In this document: positions 38,372 to 47,392 of the stretch, one piece after another
How the letters are laid out: each line of letters begins with the position of its first letter
How positions within the stretch are numbered: the stretch's first letter is position 1
NCBI GenBank assembly: GCA_965217585.1
Contig: OZ244561.1
Span: 1,984,001-2,048,000, forward strand
Source of the DNA: Candidatus Latescibacterota bacterium
GTDB taxonomy: Bacteria; Latescibacterota; UBA2968; UBA8231
Direction: 5' to 3'
Length of the DNA stretch: 64,000 bases
The notes under the pieces: model-generated
The model's input: only the letters and a program-made list of their open reading frames with translations
The model's database searches: none
What the model was told of the DNA's origin: nothing
Made by a program: the position numbers and the translations under genes

Positions 38372-40129
38372 ATGAGCTATCTAAATCCCCGCGCCATCGC
38401 CATTGACACGCCGATGCCTCCGCCCGCTTGGGCGCTGTTGGAATGGGAACTGATTCGGGCGCAAACTAGGGGATGCACGGAATTTTTCGACAAGTACTTC
38501 GACGAGCGGGGCTATTTGGAGTGCCTCCCGCGCTGGGGTGGCAACGACGGCCCGGACGACGCCATCGAAAACTTGGTCCACTGGCCAGTGCTCTACGTCC
38601 TAGGCGGCGGGGCCCATCTGTATGATATGTGCCAGTTGGCATGGGAGGGGCATCTCAAACAATACACCGAGGCCAAAACCACGGAGGTACCCTTTACCCG
38701 GGACGGGATGTACTATCGCGAATTTCCGGTGATGTTCGACTGGGTACACAACGGGGAGGGGCTGACGACGTTCAACCTGCACGGGTTGATGAACCCACGC
38801 GAGCAATCATTTGAGCAGCGGGTGCGGCGCTACGCCGGATTTTACATGGGCCACGACCCGCAGGCACCCAACTACGACCCCGAACACAAAATCATCAAGA
38901 GTCTGTTCAACGGCAGCCGCGGACCGCTGCTGCGCAAGGCCACGGCGCTCGACTGGGCCGGCGACCCGCTCGACGAGGTGCAGGAGCGCTTTATCCCCCT
39001 GCACGGGGAGCGCAACTTCGAGGAGATGCTGGCCCACTTCAAAGACTACACCGACGTCGTCGGCGACCATCCGCAGAACATGGTGGCGACGGCCTTAGGG
39101 CTGAACGCGTACGCGCTGACGGGCGAAGACTCATACAAGGACTGGGTGCTAGAATACGTCGAAGCTTGGCGGCAGCGCACTCTCGCCAACGATGGGATCA
39201 TCCCGACCAATATCGGACTCGACGGGACCATCGGCGGCGAGTGCGACGGCAAGTGGTACGGGGGGTGTTACGGCTGGGCCTTTACGGTCGAGGTGCCCCA
39301 GACCGGGGAGCTAGCCAGCCGCAACTCGCACGGGCTGGGGATTTCGGGCTTTGGCAACGCACTGTTGCTATCGGGCGAGCAGCAATTAGTAGATGTGTGG
39401 CGGCAGATGATCGACAAAATCAACGCCAACGGGAAAGAAATCGACGGGCAGATGATGTACCCGCATATGTACGGGGACGAGGGCTGGTATGAATTTCGAC
39501 CAGGCCGCTATGCGCAGGGAGCGCAAGAGGTGTACTACTGGTCAATGGATCGGGCCGATCTGAGCCGGCTAAACGCGGCCAGCGGTTGGTTCGGCTTCTT
39601 GGAGGGACGCGACCCCACCTACCCGGAAGCTGCGCTACAGGCCGACTTTGCCCGCCTCCGCGAGCAAATGGAGAAGGTGCGCCGCGACCCGACGACGCCA
39701 GACACCCGGCTTTCGGACAATCCCAACCCATTCAACCCGGCCATCCCGGGCGGGCTGGCCCAGCTCATGTTGGGTGGACTGACGCCGCGCCACGGCTCGC
39801 CGCTGCACTGCCGGGTGCGCTACTTCGATCCACAGGCCGGACGGGCCGGGATGCCCGAGGGAGTGGGTGCGCTGATGGAGCGGCTAGGCGCGGACTCCAT
39901 GACGCTGACGCTGGTGAACACAGACCCAGTGGCCGGACGCGAAGTAATCGTGCAGGGCGGAGCCTATGCCGAGCACCAGTTTACAAGCGTGCGCGTGAGG
40001 GGGAAAGAAACGACGATAGATGACTCGGCCTTTGCAGTGGAGCTAGCGCCGGGAGCTGGGGAGACGCTAGAGATCGGAATGCGTCGGTATGCCAATGGGC
40101 CGACGTTTGCGTTTCCGTGGGACCGGTAG
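38372..40129 (+). CDS. Hypothetical 585-aa protein (Trp/Tyr/Asp-rich, probable alpha/alpha-barrel enzyme)
   Basis: AAGGAG RBS, long ORF with host-like codon usage; motifs WGGNDGPDDAIEN, DWVHNGEG and GKWYGGCYGW. Confidence 0.65.
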   Translation: MSYLNPRAIAIDTPMPPPAWALLEWELIRAQTRGCTEFFDKYFDERGYLECLPRWGGNDGPDDAIENLVHWPVLYVLGGGAHLYDMCQLAWEGHLKQYTEAKTTEVPFTRDGMYYREFPVMFDWVHNGEGLTTFNLHGLMNPREQSFEQRVRRYAGFYMGHDPQAPNYDPEHKIIKSLFNGSRGPLLRKATALDWAGDPLDEVQERFIPLHGERNFEEMLAHFKDYTDVVGDHPQNMVATALGLNAYALTGEDSYKDWVLEYVEAWRQRTLANDGIIPTNIGLDGTIGGECDGKWYGGCYGWAFTVEVPQTGELASRNSHGLGISGFGNALLLSGEQQLVDVWRQMIDKINANGKEIDGQMMYPHMYGDEGWYEFRPGRYAQGAQEVYYWSMDRADLSRLNAASGWFGFLEGRDPTYPEAALQADFARLREQMEKVRRDPTTPDTRLSDNPNPFNPAIPGGLAQLMLGGLTPRHGSPLHCRVRYFDPQAGRAGMPEGVGALMERLGADSMTLTLVNTDPVAGREVIVQGGAYAEHQFTSVRVRGKETTIDDSAFAVELAPGAGETLEIGMRRYANGPTFAFPWDR

Positions 40130-40174
40130 TGCTGCTTCAGTAAGCGACTGCAACGAGAAAGGAAGGGTTTGCAG

Positions 40175-42178
40175 ATGAAAGCTCTCAACTTGTTGTCCCT
40201 ATCCTTAGCGGCTCTGCTCGCAGCCTGTGACGACCCTAGCCCGGTGAGCACCGACCAGCCACAAGCCGTAGCCAGCGGGCGCGTCACAACCGTTGATCAA
40301 GGCCCCGTCGCCTCGGCGCAGGTGGTCCTCTTCGACTTAGCGAACCTGCGTCAGGGGCCGAGCCAGACCGTGCAGACGGATGCCAACGGCTACTTCGCGT
40401 TAGCCTATCATCCGGGTCGATCTTATGGTTTATCCGTTTATGGCGAAGGGCTGGCCACGCATATAATCCCCTCGTTCGAATCTAGCGACGTGGGCGTCAT
40501 AACGATGCACAAGGCGACACAACCCCCAAGTGCGAAGAGACTAACGGGCGCAGGGATACTGGGGGATGTCGATGGCAACGGCGTCGTTGACCAGCAAGAT
40601 CTTATACGGATTGCCCTGTATGCCCTCGACGACGCGGCAGACTTGCCCGACACCGGCGACATCCTGCTGGGCGACATTGACGCAGACGGAGCGGTCACTT
40701 TCTACGATGCGTATCTCGTGTGGCTGTATCTCAACGATCCAGCGCACTCGTTGCTGCCTCCAGGGATAGGCCTGCCGCCTTCGCTGCTGACGCCGGATCC
40801 GACGACCATAGCGTTCGCGCCGGACGGGGCTTGGCACACCTTCATCGTCCACGCTGACGCGCCGGTAGTCATCGTCGCCAATCCCGCCGATTCCAACCCC
40901 ATCTTTGCGATCGCCAACACAGCGGGTCGGGATGACTGGTGCCCGGCCGAGACTAATGACGAAGAAACTCAGCAGCCCGGCCAACGCATTCACTTAGCGG
41001 CCTGCGGTACGGGCACGGGCACGGTGGAGGTACGCAGCGCCGCGGACGGTTCGGTCGTGCAGACCTACACTATAGAGGTCGCTCCGCCAGCGGAACCGCC
41101 GCGCCTTTCTATACTGCCTCCCACGCTCGACTTTGGCCGCGATAAGACTAGCCTGCGTCTGTCGCTGAAAAACATTGGCGGCGGCCTGCTCAATTTCACC
41201 ATTGAATCCGTCCCCGCCTGGATAACCCTGAGCCAAACCCAAGGCATCCTAGCCGACGAGGCCCTAAGTATAGAAGTGCAGATTGACCGAGCGCAGGCAC
41301 CCTTTTTGGCCAACCCGGCCTTGGTGATCACCACGAGCGACGAACGCCGTGAAGTGCCTCTGCAGGTCAATATCTTAGCTATCATCACCCAACTCACTGA
41401 CCACCCCGCCGAAGACGTGGTCGCTTCTTGGTCGCCGGATGGGAAGTACCTCGCCTTTACTTCGGCACGCGAAGGCAACAAGCAGGTGTATGTAATGGAC
41501 GCCGACGGGCAAAACATCACCCGTCTCACTTACCACGACGCCGAAAACTTGGAACCTTCATGGTCGCCGGATGGACGCCGCATCACCTTCTTATCCTTGC
41601 GCGACGGCAACTGGGAAGTATATGTGATGGACGCCGACGGGCATAATCCCACCCGCCTCACCTACCACGACGCCGAAGACAAGGATCCTGTTTGGTCGCC
41701 GGATGGACGCCGCATGGCCTTCACGTCCTTGCGCGACGGCAACTGGGAAGTATATGTGATGGACGCCGACGGGCATAATCCCATCCGCCTCACCTATCAC
41801 GGTGCGGACAACTGGGATCCTGTTTGGTCGCCGGATGGACGCCGCATGGCCTTCACGTCCTTGCGCGACGGCAACTGGGAAGTATATGTGATGGACGCCG
41901 ACGGGCATAATCCCATCCGCCTCACCTACCACGGTGCGGACAACCACCTTCCTTCTTGGTCGCCGGATGGACGCCGCATGGCCTTCACGTCCTTGCGCGA
42001 CGGCAACTGGGAAGTATATGTGATGGACGCCGACGGGCATAATCCCATCCGCCTCACCTACCACCCCAGCCAAGACTGGTCCCCTATTTGGTCGCCGGAT
42101 GGTGAGCGCATGGCCTTCTCGTCTTTCCGCGACGGTAATTGGAATGTTTACTTACTAACACTTGGTGGGACACCGTGA
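40175..42178 (+). CDS. Multidomain lipoprotein: carboxypeptidase-regulatory-like, dockerin, Ig-like, BACON-like and TolB/PD40 beta-propeller
   Basis: LAAC lipobox, GDVDGNGVVDQQD/GDIDADGAVTFYD dockerin pair, AWITLSQTQG, six WSPDG repeats. Confidence 0.85.
   Translation: MKALNLLSLSLAALLAACDDPSPVSTDQPQAVASGRVTTVDQGPVASAQVVLFDLANLRQGPSQTVQTDANGYFALAYHPGRSYGLSVYGEGLATHIIPSFESSDVGVITMHKATQPPSAKRLTGAGILGDVDGNGVVDQQDLIRIALYALDDAADLPDTGDILLGDIDADGAVTFYDAYLVWLYLNDPAHSLLPPGIGLPPSLLTPDPTTIAFAPDGAWHTFIVHADAPVVIVANPADSNPIFAIANTAGRDDWCPAETNDEETQQPGQRIHLAACGTGTGTVEVRSAADGSVVQTYTIEVAPPAEPPRLSILPPTLDFGRDKTSLRLSLKNIGGGLLNFTIESVPAWITLSQTQGILADEALSIEVQIDRAQAPFLANPALVITTSDERREVPLQVNILAIITQLTDHPAEDVVASWSPDGKYLAFTSAREGNKQVYVMDADGQNITRLTYHDAENLEPSWSPDGRRITFLSLRDGNWEVYVMDADGHNPTRLTYHDAEDKDPVWSPDGRRMAFTSLRDGNWEVYVMDADGHNPIRLTYHGADNWDPVWSPDGRRMAFTSLRDGNWEVYVMDADGHNPIRLTYHGADNHLPSWSPDGRRMAFTSLRDGNWEVYVMDADGHNPIRLTYHPSQDWSPIWSPDGERMAFSSFRDGNWNVYLLTLGGTP
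41429..42150 (+). repeat. Intragenic tandem repeat, 132-bp unit x ~6 (PD40 blades)
   Basis: TGGTCGCCGGATGG recurs at 41429, 41561, 41693, 41825, 41957 and 42089. Central units are nearly DNA-identical. Confidence 0.95.
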
Positions 42179-42267
42179 GCGGCAAGTAGCCCTTACCGCA
42201 GCTTCTTAATTAAGACGCGACGAATACATAAGACGGCTCAACTGAGACGACTCCCCCGCATTTGTCA

Positions 42268-43627
42268 ATGCGATCATGTTTTATTTATTGCCTTTTTTGT
42301 TTGCGTCCTCAACCCCAACGCCGACCACTGCATCCTACCCATTCACCCCGGTGGCGTCCATACCCTTCCCGAAGGGTCGCGTCAAGCCATCCCCTATTTC
42401 CAAGCCGTGCTCGATAATACCGCCGCAGAGGAGCGCTTGCATCTGAGCGCCCGCTGGCTGCTCAACATTGCCTATATGACCTTGGGGCAGTATCCCGAGG
42501 GGGTGCCGCCCGCTCACCGAATTCCCCCCAAAGCCTTTGAGTCCCAAGCGGCGTTTCCGCGCTGGGTCAATGTGGCTCCGGCCCTCGGATTGGACACCTT
42601 CAGCCTCTCTGGCGGGGCCGTAGCCGACGATTTCGATGGCGACGGGTATCTCGATTTCTTCATCTCGACATCGGACTTGACCGGACAACTGCGCTTTTTC
42701 CGCAATGGGGGGGACGGCACCTTTGCGGACCAGACCGAGGCGGCCAACCTCAATGGGCTGTTGGGTGGACTCAACTTGGTGCAAGCTGACTACGACAACG
42801 ACGGTCACCTCGACCTGTTCGTCGCCGCCTATGCGGCCACCGTCGCCGACATCGTTGCCGCGCATTTGGGCCATCCGGTGTCCGTGGAGCAGGCACGGCT
42901 GTATCGCGGCGATGGTCAAGGCGGCTTTGCGGACGTGTCCCAAGACCACCATTTCGCGCAGCCGACCAAACCTATGGGAGCCAATTTTGGCGATGTGGAC
43001 CACGATGGATTTTTGGATGTGTACTTGGGCACCGGCGATACCGATTACGCCGAGTTGATGCCCAATGTGCTGTATTGGAACCAAGCGGGTCAGCGCTTCG
43101 CCGATGTGACTTTTGCCAGCGGGTTGGGGCATCTGCAGAAGGGGCATGGGGTCGTATTTGCCGATGTGGACCACGACGGCGATGTGGATCTGTTCGAGCA
43201 GATGGGCGGGGCCTATCGCGGCGACGGATTCGCCGATGTGCTGTATGAAAATCCAGGGTTCGGTCACGGCTGGCTAGCGGTTGAAGTAGTGGGGGTGGAG
43301 TCGAATCGGTCGGGAATCGGGACCCAACTACGGGTAGATGTGGTGGAGGGGGGCCAGAGGCGGTCGCTGTACCGGTGGGTGGGCAGCGGCGGCAGTTTTG
43401 GCGGCAATCCGCTGCGTCAGTACGTGGGGTTGGGTTCAGCGGAGCGAGTGGCGCAACTAGTGATTTTTTGGCCGAAAAGTGGCAGCGAGCAAGTGTTCGA
43501 TGAAGTGCCACCGAACGCGATCATCCGGGTCACCGAGGGACGAGACCAACTGGAGATTTTAGCATTGCCCTCTTTTAAGTTCGAGGTCGAACATCCAAAA
43601 CGGGCCGAGCACTATCTACATAAATAG
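42268..43627 (+). pseudogene. FG-GAP repeat / ASPIC-UnbV (CRTAC1-like) protein, apparently collapsed by deletions
   Basis: DFDGDGYLD, DYDNDGHLD, DVDHDG and SNRSGIG...GGSFG..GLG motifs. The family-like frame (CVLNPNADHCILPI) extends upstream of 42407 without an in-frame start; signal-like starts at 42268/42276 are out of frame. Confidence 0.6.
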
Positions 43628-43654
43628 TGGTTAGTGATTAGTGGCCACTTCTAA

Positions 43655-43776
43655 GAAGCCGTCTCAAAATTCTAAGTGCGCTCCGATCAACGTCATTTTA
43701 CATCCGCGTTCATCTGCGTTCATCTGCGGATACCTTGCCGTCGGGCAACAGCCGATAGGGGTTTTGAGACAGCTTT
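43655..43776. mobile_element. 122-bp MITE-like element
   Basis: TIRs GAAGCCGTCTCAAAA / TTTTGAGACAGCTTT (13/15), flanked by TAA on both sides, no ORF; internal (CATCYGCGTT)x~3. Confidence 0.7.
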
Positions 43777-45503
43777 TAAGGCGCGCGCTCGACCTGCACC
43801 GCAATGATGTCTAGGTCGTGGTATTTCTGGTGCCGTACCGAAGCGGCGTAGTGCCGCAACAAACGGAACGAAATCTCGCCTTCGTCTATTATCTCGGGCT
43901 GTTCGCTCAAAAACGCCAGCCGGTCTTCGAGATTTTCTCCTGCGGCGGTCGCCAAAAACTCCAGCTCCACCGTTCCTTCGGCGGGCCGTGCGGTGAGGAT
44001 CAAGTGGCGTCCGTTAGCCGCATCGTCCTCGGCTTGTTGTGTCAGAATCGCCAAGGTCTCTTCCCCTGCGGCGCACAGCCGTTCGGTCGCCGGATCATCC
44101 CAGCCGACTTTCGCGGCAAAGGCGCGGAGGAATTCGTCAATCTTGGGCAGCGAAGCGACATTTAATTCGACCGCTAGGCGTCGGCGGCGCGGAGCTGTCA
44201 GCTCCATGAACGCGGTCAGCAGGATCGCGGCAAGCCCCCCAGCGGTCATGCCGTTGCCGAGCAAGGTGCCCCACGTCTTGCCCAGCAAATCGGCAAAGAT
44301 CACCTGATTCTGAAAGCCCACGCCAATCCAGAACGACAGCCCCACCACCGCGGCCTTGCGGTGATTGAGGCCACTCTCGACGACCAACTTCATACCCTGC
44401 ACGAAAAGCAGACCTATTAGCAGGGTTACATAGGCCGCGCCTACGGGATTGGGAATGGCAATCAGGAGGGCCGTCACCTTGGGCGATAAGGCCAGGACCG
44501 CAAAGATAACCCCCACATACACCCCGACGCGGCGCGCGGCGACCCCGGTGAGTTCGGCGAGCGATATACTAGTTGAGTAGGTCGTATTGGGGGGCGTCCC
44601 AATGAGCCCGGACAACAGGTTGCCCATCCCATCGGCATTGAGAGCGCCCTGGACCAAGCGAAAATCAGTTGCCCGTGGCTGACGCCGCGAGACCCGTTGA
44701 ATGGCAATGCCGTCGCCAATGGTCTCAATCGCGCCTACCAAGGTTACGACTACAAACGCCGGCAACAGCGCCCAGAACTCTGCACCCAACGTCAGGTCCA
44801 ATCCCGGCCACGAGCTATCGGGAAGACCGATCCAAGAGGCTTCGATTACGGGCTGAATGTCGTACAGTCCGAAGGGAGCGGCCACCGCGCAGCCCACCAC
44901 GATGCCGATGAGTGGTGCCCACAGCCGCCAAGTCACTGGGGCGCGCAGTGCCAATACCACAAGGACAACGAGCGTCGCCCCAGCCGCGACCGGGGCCGCA
45001 GCCGACGGCGTGCCCTCGGGCACATCCGCCAGCAAGCCAAAAACGATCGGCATGACCGTGACGGCGATCAGCATGATCACCGTGCCGGAGACGACCGGCG
45101 TGATAATCCGGCGCAGTAGCGAAAGCCGTGCGGCTAAGGCAAACTGAAACAGCGATGAGACGACGATCAGGCTCGCCATCAAGGGCGGTCCGCCCTTCAC
45201 CAATGCCGTGATGCAGACCGCGATAAAGGCACCAGAGGTACCCATGATGAGCACATGCCCAGCCCCGATCCGCCCGACCCGCACCGCTTGTAGAACCGTG
45301 CTCACGCCACTGATCAGCAGCGCCGCGAAGGCGATCCAAGTCAGGTAGCTCTCCGGCTGGTTGGCCGCCCGGCCAATAATGACCGCGCTGAGCACCACCG
45401 GCGCGATGACGACCACCGCGGCCTGAAAGCCAACCCCAGCGGCGACGGAGTGGGGGGGTCGCTCGTCCGGCTCGTAGCGGATGTTTTCATTTATTTGCGC
45501 CAT
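43776..45503 (-). CDS. Divergent NCS2 (xanthine/uracil permease) family transporter with a C-terminal HATPase-like extension
   Basis: IRYEPDERPP, MGTSGAF, ITPVVSGTVIMLI, ETIGD, ALNADG and TTYS...LTGVAARRVG motifs; ~135-aa soluble tail. Confidence 0.85.
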   Translation of the reverse strand: MAQINENIRYEPDERPPHSVAAGVGFQAAVVVIAPVVLSAVIIGRAANQPESYLTWIAFAALLISGVSTVLQAVRVGRIGAGHVLIMGTSGAFIAVCITALVKGGPPLMASLIVVSSLFQFALAARLSLLRRIITPVVSGTVIMLIAVTVMPIVFGLLADVPEGTPSAAAPVAAGATLVVLVVLALRAPVTWRLWAPLIGIVVGCAVAAPFGLYDIQPVIEASWIGLPDSSWPGLDLTLGAEFWALLPAFVVVTLVGAIETIGDGIAIQRVSRRQPRATDFRLVQGALNADGMGNLLSGLIGTPPNTTYSTSISLAELTGVAARRVGVYVGVIFAVLALSPKVTALLIAIPNPVGAAYVTLLIGLLFVQGMKLVVESGLNHRKAAVVGLSFWIGVGFQNQVIFADLLGKTWGTLLGNGMTAGGLAAILLTAFMELTAPRRRRLAVELNVASLPKIDEFLRAFAAKVGWDDPATERLCAAGEETLAILTQQAEDDAANGRHLILTARPAEGTVELEFLATAAGENLEDRLAFLSEQPEIIDEGEISFRLLRHYAASVRHQKYHDLDIIAVQVERAP

Positions 45504-45642
45504 TGCCAAAGCCACTCTTTCAATCAGGTTGCGCTGCAAAGCCTGTAAGGCTCTATATCTATTGAATAAGCCCCGGGAAGAAAATGCGACGAATTTGACC
45601 GCTGCACCATTATGCAAATCGCTCCAAAAGCCCCCGTCACCT

Positions 45643-45802
45643 TCAAAGACGCCATACCAACAGCAACTGGGCCGTACTCTCATCTACGTCTGTTCCGAGC
45701 TTGTTGTGCCAGTACTGGTACTCGATGCCGACCATGAGCTGCTGGGGCGCTCCAATCACTTGGCCCAGATCCCAGGTAAGCTGTTTTCATTGCTATTTTC
45801 AT
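45643..45802 (-). pseudogene. Collapsed Tsx/OmpK-like nucleoside outer-membrane channel gene
   Basis: GAGGAG RBS and MKIAMKTA joined out of frame to QLTWDLGQVIGAPQQLMVGIEYQYWHNKLG...LLLVWRL*. Confidence 0.65.
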
Positions 45803-46017
45803 TTCTCCTCGATTTTGACATAGTGGATAAATGCTATTTTTTAACGCCATCTAACATAAAATCACTCTATACCACAACGCCAATAACACGGCGAAAAGTA
45901 TGGACCATGCCGAATTGTCCGGCGGCTTTCCTGGTTGAGGCATCCGCCTCTTTGAACAACATTTGCCTATCCTATGTGGATGCATAGAGGATTTGACAAC
46001 TTCGAGAAAGGAACGCG

Positions 46018-47385
46018 ATGGAACTGAATTGGCGAGAAATCGACCGCTGGATTTTTGGCGAGGCTTGGACCGGCTCGCAGATCGGCGAACACGTGGAGAT
46101 GTTGTGCGAGCAGATCGGGCCGCGCTGGGCTTCTTCGGAAGGAGAGCGCCAGGCGGTGGAGTACCTACGGGAGCAGTTTGCACAGGCGGGACTGGCCGAT
46201 GCGGCGCTGGAGGAGTTTGCGCTGGATACTTGGGCGTACAAACGGGCAGAGGCAACGGTGGGGGATATGGCAATTGACCTCTTGCCCTATAATCGCTGTC
46301 CGCCGTGCGACCTCGAAGCACCGATCGTCAATGCCGGATATGGTACGGAGCACGAAATCGATAGAGTGCGCGGCCAGCTCAAAGGAAGCATCGTGGTGAT
46401 GCACCTAGCGCTAGAGCCTTTTACCACGCCCTCTCCGCCCAATGTGCGACTCGCAGCACTAGGCGACGCCGGCGCGGTGGCGGTGGTGGCGATTGATCCA
46501 AAAGACGGGCGACGAGTGGAGTACCACAACGGCGGAGATTGGCGCGAGCCAGAGACCGCCCAGTTGCCCATTCCGGCGGTGACGACCTCGCGAGAACACG
46601 GGGCACTGTTGCAGAAGTGGGCCGGCGAGGGCACGCGGCTCAAGCTAGTCGTTGAGAGCCGGTTTTACCAAGCAGCGGCGCACAATGTGGTCGCCTCGAT
46701 TCCCGGGGCGCAGTGGCCTGGAGAGCGGCTGATGTTGGGCGGGCATCACGACACGGTGTACGGCGCGCCGGGGGGCAACGACAATGCCTCGGGGACCATT
46801 GCGGTACTGGAGACGGCGCGGGTATTGGCCGGGCTAAAATCGGCGCTAGGCGTCGAGCCAGGGATGAGCCTGTGCTTTGCGACCTACAGCGCCGAAGAGC
46901 AGACGTTCCAAGGGTCAATCGAGTACGTGCGGCAACATTGCGTCGCCAAGCCGCGGCTGGCGATCAATCTCGACGAACTATCGACCGGGCCGATCAAGGG
47001 GGTGGTGCTGGGGTTTGGGCATTTGCGCGGCTTGGTACAGGCCCAGTTCAATGCGATGGGCGACGGGCTAAAGTGCCACGTGATGTCCCAACTCGACGCG
47101 ACTTCAGACCATTTTCCCTTTTTGCGCGAGGGCATTGACGCGGCGCATTTGTGGCGCTGGCGCTTTAGCGGCCGGCACGCCGATTCCAACTACCACCACG
47201 AGCCAGCCGACACCGCCGACAAGCTCAACGTGCGGGAGTTAAAAGAATACGTCGGGCAGTTAGCGCGACTGTTGTTGCGGCTGTCGCACGTAGCACCCGA
47301 GGAGTGGCCGGAAAATCCGGTGACCAAGGAGGCGGTAGCAGAACGGCTGGCGGCTGAGCGCGGGACCGTGGTGCGGGTGTTTTAA
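46018..47385 (+). CDS. M28 family metallopeptidase with PA domain
   Basis: IGPRWASS, GGHHDT, GGNDNASG, YSAEEQ, INLDE, SDHFPF and YHHEPADTADK motifs. Confidence 0.9.
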   Translation: MELNWREIDRWIFGEAWTGSQIGEHVEMLCEQIGPRWASSEGERQAVEYLREQFAQAGLADAALEEFALDTWAYKRAEATVGDMAIDLLPYNRCPPCDLEAPIVNAGYGTEHEIDRVRGQLKGSIVVMHLALEPFTTPSPPNVRLAALGDAGAVAVVAIDPKDGRRVEYHNGGDWREPETAQLPIPAVTTSREHGALLQKWAGEGTRLKLVVESRFYQAAAHNVVASIPGAQWPGERLMLGGHHDTVYGAPGGNDNASGTIAVLETARVLAGLKSALGVEPGMSLCFATYSAEEQTFQGSIEYVRQHCVAKPRLAINLDELSTGPIKGVVLGFGHLRGLVQAQFNAMGDGLKCHVMSQLDATSDHFPFLREGIDAAHLWRWRFSGRHADSNYHHEPADTADKLNVRELKEYVGQLARLLLRLSHVAPEEWPENPVTKEAVAERLAAERGTVVRVF

Positions 47386-47392
47386 TCGGGCA

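Noticed and set aside
41429-42150. CRISPR-like repeat/spacer array
   Set aside because: The period is 132 bp, in frame, and encodes PD40 blades; there are no cas genes.
45481-45987. 168-aa plus-strand ORF between the permease and the M28 peptidase
   Set aside because: No motif; the region is better explained by the minus-strand porin remnant and divergent promoters.
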